This document shows, piece after piece, positions 45,889 through 53,975 of a DNA stretch of 64,000 nucleotides. The notes beneath the pieces were generated by a model, which saw nothing but the letters and a program-made list of their open reading frames with translations, ran no database searches and was not told the DNA's origin. Location: the NCBI GenBank assembly GCA_001799845.1, contig MGUG01000013.1, positions 22,597 to 86,596 of the forward strand. The letters are read 5' to 3'. The position numbers were made by a program, and so were the translations under genes. Positions within the stretch are counted from its first letter, which is position 1; every line of letters starts with the position of its first letter. Origin of the DNA: Elusimicrobia bacterium GWC2_64_44. Lineage in GTDB: Bacteria > Elusimicrobiota > Elusimicrobia > Elusimicrobiales > UBA9959.

Positions 45889-46494
45889 CTAAGGTTCCTT
45901 CCGCTTGGCCGCGTCCCTGGCCGTACGGTCCGCCCTGAGACTGACCGCCATTATAAGCGCCATGCCCGCGGCCAGGCTTACGCACATAGCCGTATCTATC
46001 GGTCGCCCCAACAGCCAGGCGGAACCCGGGTAGGACAGCGGCAGCACCCCGAGCGCGGCCAGCCCGGAATAGTAATACTTCTTTGTGACCCCGTACAGCA
46101 CCAGGAAAAGCAGCGCCGTGAAAACTATCAGCGGCAGGTTGAACAGGTAAGCGGCCGCCCCCACCAGGCTGGCTATGCCTTTGCCGCCCCTGAAGCGCAG
46201 CTGGGCCGGGAAGATATGGCCCAGCAGCACGGCGGGCATGGTGAGAGCCGGGATCAGCTGGTTGCCGGGGAACAGCAGGGCGGCTACCTTGAGCGCGGCG
46301 AACATTTTAACCGCGTCGAAGAGCATCACCAGCAGGAACCCGCGCTTGCCCAGCAGGCGGCCGGCGTTGGTGGCGCCGGCATTGCCGCTGCCCAGCACGC
46401 GGATATCCCCGCCGGACTTGAGCTTAACGGCGTAATAACCGCCGTTAAGGCAGCCAACCATGTACGCGGCGATCAGCCACAGAAGTATAGCCAT
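45889..46494 (-). CDS. plsY: glycerol-3-phosphate acyltransferase PlsY
   Basis: GSGNAGATNAGR and FRGGKG motifs. ATG 46494 is 8 nt after TGTAAAAT (46503-46508). Confidence 0.9.
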   Translation of the reverse strand: MAILLWLIAAYMVGCLNGGYYAVKLKSGGDIRVLGSGNAGATNAGRLLGKRGFLLVMLFDAVKMFAALKVAALLFPGNQLIPALTMPAVLLGHIFPAQLRFRGGKGIASLVGAAAYLFNLPLIVFTALLFLVLYGVTKKYYYSGLAALGVLPLSYPGSAWLLGRPIDTAMCVSLAAGMALIMAVSLRADRTARDAAKRKEP

Positions 46495-46502
46495 TGCCTA
46501 TA

Positions 46503-46570
46503 ATTTTACAAAACAAAACCGCCGGGATTGCCCGGCGGCCAAGTTACTCATCTAGGAATCAGCGTCCCCT
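46503..46570 (-). promoter_or_regulatory. full module: type-A stop block + hairpin + TTTTGTTTTGTAAAAT
   Basis: Stem-loop 46519-46538 (loop ATTG). Block 46541-46570 contains the stop of the upstream ORF. 8 nt to the plsY ATG. Confidence 0.65.
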
Positions 46571-47059
46571 GCCCTTTACGGCAACTTCGCGCAACTCCGA
46601 GATAAGTTCTTGAGCTGAGTAGTAAATCGGCCAAACATCGGACGCTCTGTCGACCAATTTTTCCTCCGCTTCGGTAACCGTAAGAACCCCGGTCTTCGTT
46701 AACCCATAGAATACCACCTCCCCTGTCTTGGGGGGTGGAAAACCCTCTACTCTGCGCATCTTTCCGACATGTTCATTCGTATTCATTACGAGGCCAAAAG
46801 CCGCTTCCCGTACAGTTTCATGTGCGCCGCCGCCGACAACACCGCCGCCGGAACTTAAATACAAGCTGGCTTCTCCCCCCACAAATGCGACCAATGTCCC
46901 CAGAACATCCGAAACGGTAAAATCCATTACAACACCGTAAAGCGGTCCGGGCAGTTTTTCCACATCTATGCCCAACTCGGTCGGGGTCGATTTGAGAGCC
47001 ATCTCCCGCAATCCCCGGTAAACCGCAAAGGCATGAGAGGTATCGTTATTTTTAGACAT
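46559..47059 (-). CDS. hypothetical protein
   Basis: GGAGGG SD before ATG 47059. The last residues AVKGRGR and the stop codon are encoded by the module block shared with 52779-52800. Confidence 0.55.
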   Translation of the reverse strand: MSKNNDTSHAFAVYRGLREMALKSTPTELGIDVEKLPGPLYGVVMDFTVSDVLGTLVAFVGGEASLYLSSGGGVVGGGAHETVREAAFGLVMNTNEHVGKMRRVEGFPPPKTGEVVFYGLTKTGVLTVTEAEEKLVDRASDVWPIYYSAQELISELREVAVKGRGR

Positions 47060-47099
47060 AGTATTGAAGCCCTCCAAGCTGCGCCCGGGCCTTGCGACG

Positions 47100-47681
47100 C
47101 TAACCCCTCATTTCCTTTACAAAACCTATCCGCTTGTTTTTCGCCGTCATGCCGATAAAATTCGCCAGCGCTCTCTCGAACATCCCGCGCCCATGCCGCT
47201 TGCGGCTTTCGATGTAGGCCACGCGGATACGCCGGTAGCTTTCCGGGAGCTTCTGAAAATTCCGCCACGCTTCCTTGTCGGCTTTAAGCGGCTCGAGGAT
47301 GTCTGGCGGGATGACGAAATCCCCGGGCTTATCTTTTGCCGGGTCGAAGACGTGGGCGATGGCGGCAAGCCCCGCTTTCGTCATCTTCCTGCCGGCTATA
47401 AGCCTGAATACCCGCTCCCGGTTCATCTGCGAAAGCCCGCTGGTCTTTTTTCTGGGGGAGAACCGCTGGGCGTACCTTTCTTTGTCGAGTGATTTGACCG
47501 TGCTGTCTATCCAACCGTAACAGAGCGCCTCTTCCACGGCGTCGTCATACGAGATGCGGCCCTTGCCGGTCCCTTTGCGGTAATAGATCAGCCAGATCTC
47601 TTTCCCGGTCTTGTGATGCTTGCCAAGCCACGCCCGCCACGCCCTTCTTTCGACGACATACAAAGTCTTTCCGATGTTCAT
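47100..47681 (-). CDS. YdeI/OmpD-associated family protein
   Basis: WRAWL...EIWLIYYRK...YDDAVEEALCYGWIDS pattern. Start trimmed to ATG 47681. Confidence 0.7.
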   Translation of the reverse strand: MNIGKTLYVVERRAWRAWLGKHHKTGKEIWLIYYRKGTGKGRISYDDAVEEALCYGWIDSTVKSLDKERYAQRFSPRKKTSGLSQMNRERVFRLIAGRKMTKAGLAAIAHVFDPAKDKPGDFVIPPDILEPLKADKEAWRNFQKLPESYRRIRVAYIESRKRHGRGMFERALANFIGMTAKNKRIGFVKEMRG

Positions 47682-47697
47682 GCTTTTGATTGATCCT

Positions 47698-47733
47698 ATT
47701 CTACAAAACAAAACCGCCGGGATTGCCCGGCGG
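47698..47733 (-). promoter_or_regulatory. punctuation module: hairpin + TTTTGTTTTGTAGAAT
   Basis: Stem-loop 47714-47733 (loop ATTG). 16 nt to ATG 47681. Confidence 0.6.
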
Positions 47734-47756
47734 CGTAAGCGCGAGCCGCCCGGAGC

Positions 47757-48821
47757 TTAAAAATACAGCGTAAGGGCCGGCTGCAGCGCCAGCTGGCTGA
47801 ACTCTACCAGGGTGTCGTGCGCTCCGTCCCGGTCTTTTATTTCTATTTTCTTCAGGTCATATTTCACGGCGAGGGCTATCCCGAACCTTTGCGTAGGTTT
47901 AAATTCCAGCCGTGCCCTGAGATAAGGAACCGCTACCGTGGCGCTCTTCTTCAGCGGCATATTCTTCCAGTAGCCGGCTACGCCTGTAACCCCGGCGCCC
48001 AGGCTGAACGGGAGCTTCTCACCGAACCCGCCGGCATAAGCCGCGCCGAAGGACGTCCCCCTGAGGGTAAGCTCATAGAAATAGGTATTGTTAGAAGTCC
48101 TGGTCTTGAAATAGGTGCCCCCGCCGAAGGCGTCAAAAACGAACATCAGATGCTTAACGGGCCTATAAAAAACGCCGATGCCCGGCAGGACACTGGTGAA
48201 CGCTTTAGGGGTTGAAGTGTCGTAAGCGCTGGTTATCGTCTTGGTCTTATTGTCGTTCGACCTGATATCCATGAACGGAGAGACGCCGATAGTCTCCTCC
48301 GAGGTTATGCGCAGGTCTTCCTGGAAAGCGCTCACAAGGAATTCATCGTAGGCGGCCGCGGTCACCTCGCCGCTCTCCACGTTTACCAGCCTAACGTTGA
48401 CCTGGTAGTTCTTTCCCACTTTCTGGATATTGCCCAGCAAAATGGTTTTGGCGCCCATCATTTTGCCCAGCCGTACCTGGGTCTCGCTTTCCACTATCCC
48501 CGAGGCCTGCAGTTTTTGCTCTGAAAGGATCCTGTTGAACTCGCTTCTCTCGACCAGCGTGAAATCCTTATTCGTAAAAAAACCGCGGGCCAGGATGTCG
48601 GAAACGGACTGCCCCAGATTCTTTTTCGCCAGGGCTTCGTCGGTACTCAACGGGAATACAGCCAGAGTTGTTACTCCCTGGTTTTTCTGCTGATAGCTTT
48701 TTATCAGTTTGTCCGCGAGTTTGGAAATTTTGTCGGTAGTTCCATCCGCAAAGGCGGAAGTTGAACTGCACAACATGAGTGCGGCAAATAAATACGCGCT
48801 GAGCTTGGCCTGTAATTTCAT
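47757..48821 (-). CDS. lipoprotein with CsgG/FlgO-like N-domain and beta-barrel-like C-domain
   Basis: Signal peptide. TLAVFPL...ILARGF...FTLVERSEFNRILSEQKLQ pattern. ATG 48821 preceded by a G13 tract. Confidence 0.6.
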   Translation of the reverse strand: MKLQAKLSAYLFAALMLCSSTSAFADGTTDKISKLADKLIKSYQQKNQGVTTLAVFPLSTDEALAKKNLGQSVSDILARGFFTNKDFTLVERSEFNRILSEQKLQASGIVESETQVRLGKMMGAKTILLGNIQKVGKNYQVNVRLVNVESGEVTAAAYDEFLVSAFQEDLRITSEETIGVSPFMDIRSNDNKTKTITSAYDTSTPKAFTSVLPGIGVFYRPVKHLMFVFDAFGGGTYFKTRTSNNTYFYELTLRGTSFGAAYAGGFGEKLPFSLGAGVTGVAGYWKNMPLKKSATVAVPYLRARLEFKPTQRFGIALAVKYDLKKIEIKDRDGAHDTLVEFSQLALQPALTLYF

Positions 48822-48822
48822 T

Positions 48823-48835
48823 CCCCCCCCCCCCC
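48823..48835 (-). repeat. G13 homopolymer one nt upstream of a start codon
   Basis: Plus-strand C13 at 48823-48835. On minus it reads G13-A-ATG (ATG at 48821). Confidence 0.9.
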
Positions 48836-48930
48836 GCTGTCGAATGCTTTGCCCGTATGGCACTGCCCCTATCATACCATTAGTGTGTTTAGTAATTGGT
48901 CCCCGCGTTGCGCCCTTACCCAGTCCTGCA

Positions 48931-49002
48931 ATTTTCCAAAACAAAACCGCCGGGCTTTCCCGGCGGCTTCGCAATCAGGAATTAGGGATCAGCGTCCACC
49001 TA
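48931..49002 (-). promoter_or_regulatory. full module: type-C block + hairpin + TTTTGTTTTGGAAAAT
   Basis: Stem-loop 48947-48966 (loop CTTT). Block AGGTGGACGCTGATCCCTAATTCCTGATTG overlaps the GNAT stop TAG. Confidence 0.6.
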
Positions 49003-49803
49003 TACCGGGAGCGCGGCGGCATATTCCTCGTAAGTGCCGGTTATCCTGAAGCCAAGGCCCCGGTAACAGCCGACGGCCGCGGCGTTGTCGGCTTTGACGT
49101 TCAGACCTACCGCGGACACATTTTTAAGAAGCTCGCGGCACACCCGGGCGGTCACTTTGGTGGCCAGGCCTTTTCCGCGCATGTCGGGACGGGTGGTGAT
49201 ATTCCCCAGGGCGGCCACCTTGTATTTCCGGGAATAGACATGCACGCCGGCCACGGCGGCCAAAGCCCCGCGTTCCCGGATGCCGTAGTACATGCCCGTC
49301 TCCAGCATCCTCGGCTCGAACCAGTTGCCCGGGTAGCTCTGCGCGTAGAATTTAAGCAGCGCCGGGAGGTCGCGCCCGGACAGAACCGCGGTGCCGGAAG
49401 TGTCGGCGGCAAGCACGCGTTTTTTATCCACCAGCGTCATCTTGGTGTGCGTGCCATGGCTTACAAGCTTTCGCACCCTGCCCAGTGCGTCCGCCAGGCC
49501 CGGGGACAGGTGGGCATAGAAAACCGGCGGCAGGACCGCGGCCCAGCGCTTTATAAGCTCCCTCGCCCACGGCCGCGCTCCGGCTGCGCAAAGGGCCAGC
49601 AAGGTGGGCGTGGCGCCTCCGGTATACAGCAGGGCCAGCGCTTTCAGGGCGCCCGCCCTCTTTACGCCGAGCCACGCGGTATGCCCCCAGAAAAAGTCGT
49701 CCAGGTCGCCGATGGTGTAAATATTCTGCGGAGTATCTTTCCGCAGAAAGGCCTCTATCACGGCCTTGTCGTGAAGGAAAACCGGTTCGCAGGTCTTGTC
49801 CAT
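49000..49803 (-). CDS. GNAT family N-acetyltransferase
   Basis: C-terminal RGKGLATKV...N..A...Y..LGF acetyl-CoA motif. SD derived from a module-block fragment (GAGGGGGACG). Confidence 0.7.
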   Translation of the reverse strand: MDKTCEPVFLHDKAVIEAFLRKDTPQNIYTIGDLDDFFWGHTAWLGVKRAGALKALALLYTGGATPTLLALCAAGARPWARELIKRWAAVLPPVFYAHLSPGLADALGRVRKLVSHGTHTKMTLVDKKRVLAADTSGTAVLSGRDLPALLKFYAQSYPGNWFEPRMLETGMYYGIRERGALAAVAGVHVYSRKYKVAALGNITTRPDMRGKGLATKVTARVCRELLKNVSAVGLNVKADNAAAVGCYRGLGFRITGTYEEYAAALPV

Positions 49804-49823
49804 ACAGTGATTACGTCCCCCTC

Positions 49824-50606
49824 TTACCTGGCGAATTTCACCACCAGGGAGTGGGTCAGGCCGAAGTCGTTCTTCCTGACCCCTTCGAAGGGGCGTGAGT
49901 CGTACTCGTTCACGGCGGTCATCCGGAAGGCGACGGAATCCTTCCAGACCTTGAACTCCAGGAAACCCTCGGCGTACAGCCGGTAGTCGGCCGCGTCGGA
50001 GATCCTGGGCGTGTAGATGAGGTCGCCGTTAAGGCTGACCGTCTCCGTCAGCGCCGAGGCGAAGTTCAGCCTCGCCGTGCCGCGGAAGTCGCGCTTTATC
50101 CCGCCGGCGGCGCTCTTCTCGTATTCCGGGGTCAGGCCGGCGCTCAGCATTACCGGCTTGAACACGCCGGGCAGGAAGTTGTGGAAGCAGACCCCGGCGG
50201 TGTTGGTCATGCGGTACTTGACGCTGCGGAACTTGTCGTGGCTGTGGGTGGTCTGTAAAAAGAGGTTGAGGCGGGGCTTGAGGGCGTATGCGTAGAGCAG
50301 GGAGCCCTTAGACTTGTCCGTCACGGACGCGTCGCCGTACTTCACGTAGTTGTCCGACGCCTGGACGAAGACGGAGTGCTCCGCCGCCGGCTTCCAGTCG
50401 AACTCCAGGCCGCCGTTGAAGCTGTAGTTCCTGACATTGCCGTTGAGGTAGCCGCCGCCCAGGCTCAGGTTAAGGCCGTACTTCTCGTGGGGCTTCCAGG
50501 CCTCCGGCGGGCGCACCCGCAGGTCCTCGGTGCGCGTGAACTGCGCCTCGGCCGCGCCGGCCAGCGCCAGCAGCACAACGGTGATAAGTAAAAGTTTTCG
50601 GGCCAT
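49824..50606 (-). CDS. DUF481-like outer-membrane beta-barrel protein
   Basis: Signal peptide, alternating beta-strand pattern, C-terminal aromatic (KFAR). GGAGGA SD. Confidence 0.6.
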   Translation of the reverse strand: MARKLLLITVVLLALAGAAEAQFTRTEDLRVRPPEAWKPHEKYGLNLSLGGGYLNGNVRNYSFNGGLEFDWKPAAEHSVFVQASDNYVKYGDASVTDKSKGSLLYAYALKPRLNLFLQTTHSHDKFRSVKYRMTNTAGVCFHNFLPGVFKPVMLSAGLTPEYEKSAAGGIKRDFRGTARLNFASALTETVSLNGDLIYTPRISDAADYRLYAEGFLEFKVWKDSVAFRMTAVNEYDSRPFEGVRKNDFGLTHSLVVKFAR

Positions 50607-50678
50607 GTTGTCCTCCAGGAAGCGTTAGATAAATCCTATCAAATCCCGCGCCGTCCGTTCAGCGCGGACCTGTCGCCA

Positions 50679-50708
50679 GAAAACAAAACCGCCGGGCTTC
50701 CCCGGCGG
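50679..50708 (-). terminator. module hairpin + TTTTGTTTTCTGG (no adjacent -10)
   Basis: Stem-loop 50689-50708 (loop CTTC). A separate TTTGATAGGAT box at 50633-50643 precedes the DUF481 gene. Confidence 0.65.
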
Positions 50709-50719
50709 CTCTGTGCAGG

Positions 50720-50802
50720 TTAAATACAGCGCCTGACGCGGCCCTTGTACCCCTCGTAAACCAGGCCGAAGCGCTCCAGCAGGAACTTCTCCTCCGCCAG
50801 CC
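50720..50802 (-). pseudogene. remnant (last ~28 codons) of an ICMT-family methyltransferase gene
   Basis: Translates to LRLAEEKFLLERFGLVYEGYKGRVRRCI*, compared with the C-terminus of 53347-53904 (AEEKFLLARFGPAYEAYKARVRRYI*). No upstream part remains. Confidence 0.7.
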
Positions 50803-51243
50803 TCAGCTTTCCAGCGGCGCGAAGTCCAGCTCCGTGCAGACGGCTATGCCGTTCTCTTCCAGCAGGGCCGTCGTTACGCCGTTGCCCGGCACCAGTTTGC
50901 CGGAGAAGAGGCCGTCGTGCACCAGCCCGCGGCCGCAGGACGGACTGCCAGACTTCAGAAGCGCCTTAACCGCCCCCGCCTTGCGCGCCGCGGCCAGGGC
51001 GCGTTGCGCACCTAGCCGGAATTGCGCCGTAACGTCGCTGCCGTCTATGGCTATCACCCGGTCTCCCAGTATCTCCGAAGGCGGGCGCGGCGTGGGCATG
51101 CCGCCCAGCACCTCCGGGCAGACCGGCACAAACTCATAGCGTTCCGCCAGCCGCATGGCCTCGGCGCAGTATTTGCCGCCGCCGTCATACCGGCACTTCT
51201 CCCCCAGGAGGCAAGCGCTCACCAGCAAAGCTTCCTTCTTCAT
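50803..51243 (-). CDS. DUF523 (YbbK/2-thiouracil desulfurase-like) protein
   Basis: LLVSACLLGEKCRYDGG and VCPEVLGG motifs. Confidence 0.75.
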   Translation of the reverse strand: MKKEALLVSACLLGEKCRYDGGGKYCAEAMRLAERYEFVPVCPEVLGGMPTPRPPSEILGDRVIAIDGSDVTAQFRLGAQRALAAARKAGAVKALLKSGSPSCGRGLVHDGLFSGKLVPGNGVTTALLEENGIAVCTELDFAPLES

Positions 51244-51245
51244 TG

Positions 51246-52682
51246 TCAGATCCTACCGGCTTTCAGCCCGCCAGAGCCCTTTACTATCCCGAACTGGTCT
51301 ATGATGAACGGTTGCGCGCCGTTCTTGCTCTGGTCTATCTCGTAGGACACGGCGGTGAGCCTTGAGCCGTCTATCGTGATGCCGGTGAAATTCTGGACCT
51401 GGCCCCGCACCGGCCTGGACGGGTCTTTCTTGTCGGGGCCATAGGCGGCGGCGTGATGCTCGTCGGCGACCGCAAAGAGGTCGTAGTAGCTCTGCCCGGC
51501 TTTCTTATTCCTGTAGTACGTCTTCGGTCCCGCCGTGGCGGGTATCAGGTAGATGGGGCCTTTCGGGTCGGAGGCGTACTCGATGCTCAACCCGTTGAGG
51601 GTACCGGAAGTCACTGCGGGGGAGTCGGCGGTACCGTCCTCTTTTATCGGTTTGGTGCGCGCGTAGATGTGGTCGTGCCCCTGCAGCACAAGATCGACGC
51701 CGAGCCTGGCCAGAAGGGGCGCAAGCCGGGTCCTGACGCCCCTGAAGCCCCGGATGTCCCGGTCCGTGGCATGGCTGGAGGTGGTGTACGGCCCCTTGTG
51801 CAGCATGACAATGAGCCATCCGACGCCCCTCTTGCGCGCGGCGGAGACGTCCTCTTTAAGCCAATTCACCTGCCTCCTGGAGAGGTCGGAGTACGTCCAG
51901 GAGTTCTCGTTGGTATTGAGCACGATAAAATGCGCGTTGAGATAGTCCACGGAATAATAAGCCCCGCTCCCGGTGTCCGCCCCGGGGGGCGTCCCGAGGT
52001 GGAAGTGCTCGATGAAAGAATTTTTCTGCTTCTCGTGGTTGCCGGCCGCCGGAAGGAGGGTTGTCCGCATCAGGCTGCCCGCCGCTTTACCCAGCAGCCA
52101 GTCCCACTGCTTTTCGCGGTTGCCGGTATCGACGATGTCGCCGTTGACGGCCAGGAACGCCGCATGCGGCAGGGTGTTAAAGGCTTTGGCGATGGTAGCG
52201 GAGGAAAGGACGCTTTCGTTCTCGTTCTTGGCCTGGGTGTCGGCCAGGTCTATAAAGGTGAACGGGCCGCTCTCAGGCGCGGTCCTGAAGGCGCCAATGC
52301 CGCTCCAGGCGTTCAGCGCGGCGTCGCCCACCCGGAAGTAATACTCCGTGCCGGGTTTCAGCCCGGCGGCCTCGGCCTTGTGAACGATCTCTCCCGGCGC
52401 GTTAGTGGAAGCTGAAGACCTGCCTGAAAACGAGGCGGCCTTGCCGAAGTCTGGCGCGGAGCCCGCCTTTTCTACGAGCTGCAGGTCGCTGCGCAAGGAG
52501 GACGCGTCAGTGTACCAGGTGAAGCCCCTGGCCGCAGCTGGGGCGCCGTAGAAGGTAACGGTGACCTTGCTTACGGCGGCCGCAGTGTTCTCGGCTGCGA
52601 AGGCGGCCGGCAGGAGCGCCCGCGGCGAGAAAAGAGCCAGCGCCAGGAGGGAGGTTGTCAGGAACCTTGGGAGTAATTTCAT
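51246..52682 (-). CDS. secreted metallophosphoesterase (purple-acid-phosphatase-like)
   Basis: GDIVDTG, GNHE, HKGPY and GHDH metallophosphatase motifs. Signal peptide. Start trimmed to ATG 52682 behind AAGGA. Confidence 0.85.
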   Translation of the reverse strand: MKLLPRFLTTSLLALALFSPRALLPAAFAAENTAAAVSKVTVTFYGAPAAARGFTWYTDASSLRSDLQLVEKAGSAPDFGKAASFSGRSSASTNAPGEIVHKAEAAGLKPGTEYYFRVGDAALNAWSGIGAFRTAPESGPFTFIDLADTQAKNENESVLSSATIAKAFNTLPHAAFLAVNGDIVDTGNREKQWDWLLGKAAGSLMRTTLLPAAGNHEKQKNSFIEHFHLGTPPGADTGSGAYYSVDYLNAHFIVLNTNENSWTYSDLSRRQVNWLKEDVSAARKRGVGWLIVMLHKGPYTTSSHATDRDIRGFRGVRTRLAPLLARLGVDLVLQGHDHIYARTKPIKEDGTADSPAVTSGTLNGLSIEYASDPKGPIYLIPATAGPKTYYRNKKAGQSYYDLFAVADEHHAAAYGPDKKDPSRPVRGQVQNFTGITIDGSRLTAVSYEIDQSKNGAQPFIIDQFGIVKGSGGLKAGRI

Positions 52683-52722
52683 AAGATCCTTACGCGATAA
52701 AACATAGTCAACTACCACCACA

Positions 52723-52790
52723 ATTTTACAAAACAAAACCGCCGGGCTACCCCGGCGGCTAAGTTAGTCATCTAGTAATCAGCGTCCCCT
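52723..52790 (-). promoter_or_regulatory. full module: type-A stop block + hairpin + TTTTGTTTTGTAAAAT
   Basis: Stem-loop 52739-52758 (loop CTAC). Block 52761-52790 contains the GyrI-like gene's stop. Confidence 0.65.
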
Positions 52791-53279
52791 GCCCTTTACC
52801 GCGCGCAGTTCTATGTAGCCTCTTTTGCCCACAGGCTCAAGCTGTATGCGCGGGCTCGCGTCGCACCATTTGCGGCCGGTGATCGCGGGGTCATACTTGT
52901 TCATGGCCTGCTGCACCGCCACAATGGCCTCGCAATAGTTCTCCTCCTGGAACGGCTCGCCCTGGAACATGAGGTAGTCGGCGGCCGGCAGCTTTATAGT
53001 ATCCAGGCCTTTGGGCACCGGCCCGCGGTAGTTCAAGGCCACATCTACGCCCTGCACGTAAACCGAGGTGCCGGCCTTCCTGTATTTTTCCGGCAGCCAC
53101 AGGCCCATCGGCTCGCCGCTAAGAGACTTCATGCTCTTAAGCAGGCCCCAGATGTCGCAGCCCACTTCCTCGCAGTAAGCGAAATAGTCCCGCGCTTTTT
53201 TACCGCGCTTGATCAGCATTTTGCGCGCCGGCTTGTGCACCACCTGAATAAAGACGCTCCGGATATTTTTAGTGTTCAT
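52779..53279 (-). CDS. GyrI-like small-molecule-binding domain protein
   Basis: Size and pattern of GyrI-like/AraC-effector domains. GAGGAG SD. Paralog fragment at 63952-64000. Confidence 0.6.
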   Translation of the reverse strand: MNTKNIRSVFIQVVHKPARKMLIKRGKKARDYFAYCEEVGCDIWGLLKSMKSLSGEPMGLWLPEKYRKAGTSVYVQGVDVALNYRGPVPKGLDTIKLPAADYLMFQGEPFQEENYCEAIVAVQQAMNKYDPAITGRKWCDASPRIQLEPVGKRGYIELRAVKGRGR

Positions 53280-53346
53280 ATGTGCGCTCCTCATTTCCCT
53301 GATCCCCGGCGGTTTCGCGCTAAGGCGCCGGCCGAAGTCTTGCCGG

Positions 53347-53904
53347 CTAAATGTAGCGCCTCACGCGCGCCTTGTACGCCTCGTATGCCGGCCCGAAGCG
53401 CGCCAGCAGGAACTTCTCCTCCGCCAGCACTATGCGGTGATGTACCGCCACCGCGGCAATACCAAGCGCCAGCACTACGACGCAGCCGCAGTAGAGCGCC
53501 GCGCCGGCAGTCATCAGGTAAAGGCCCAGATACAGCGGATTGCGGGAATAAGCGTAGATGCCGGCGGTGCGCAGCTGCGTGCCTGCTTTCGGCAGCCCCG
53601 TAGTGTTTGCGTCCCCCAGCCAGCGGTAGGCCAGCCACAGCACAACGAACCCGCAAAGGAACAGCCCGGCCGCTGCCGCCTCAAAGCCCGGCGGCACGGC
53701 GATAAGCCTCAGGTTAAAGCCGATGGCCTGCGCGAAGGCCGCCGCCCAGCACAGGAGAGTCGAGAGCTTGCCCAGCACGAAAAACCATTTGGCCACCGGC
53801 CGCTCGCCGCCCGTCTCCAGGCCTTTGGCCTTTAACCCCTTTTCCTGCAGGGTGTTCAGCGCGAAAAACCCCAGGAACCCCCCGATAAATATTATTTTGA
53901 CCAT
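53347..53904 (-). CDS. isoprenylcysteine carboxyl methyltransferase (ICMT/PEMT) family membrane protein
   Basis: Multi-TM. RNPLYLG and EEKFLLARFG motifs. ATG 53904 is 6 nt after TGGTAAAAT (53911-53916). Confidence 0.75.
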   Translation of the reverse strand: MVKIIFIGGFLGFFALNTLQEKGLKAKGLETGGERPVAKWFFVLGKLSTLLCWAAAFAQAIGFNLRLIAVPPGFEAAAAGLFLCGFVVLWLAYRWLGDANTTGLPKAGTQLRTAGIYAYSRNPLYLGLYLMTAGAALYCGCVVVLALGIAAVAVHHRIVLAEEKFLLARFGPAYEAYKARVRRYI

Positions 53905-53910
53905 ACGCCC

Positions 53911-53948
53911 ATTTTACCAAAACAAAAACCGCCGGGCTTCCCCGGCGG
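53911..53948 (-). promoter_or_regulatory. punctuation module: hairpin + TTTTTGTTTTGGTAAAAT
   Basis: Stem-loop 53929-53948 (loop CTTC). 6 nt to ATG 53904. Confidence 0.65.
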
Positions 53949-53975
53949 CATAGCTTTGCCGAATTATTTTGCTCT

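Noticed and set aside
46503-46570. Possible long-range pairing between the stop block (ATTACTA/ATTCCTA) and the -10 box (TAGAAT), giving an extended stem with a bulged base.
   Set aside because: The complementarity is only 5-6 nt and needs a bulge. It disappears in copies with TAAAAT boxes or type-C blocks, so it is too weak and inconsistent to claim.
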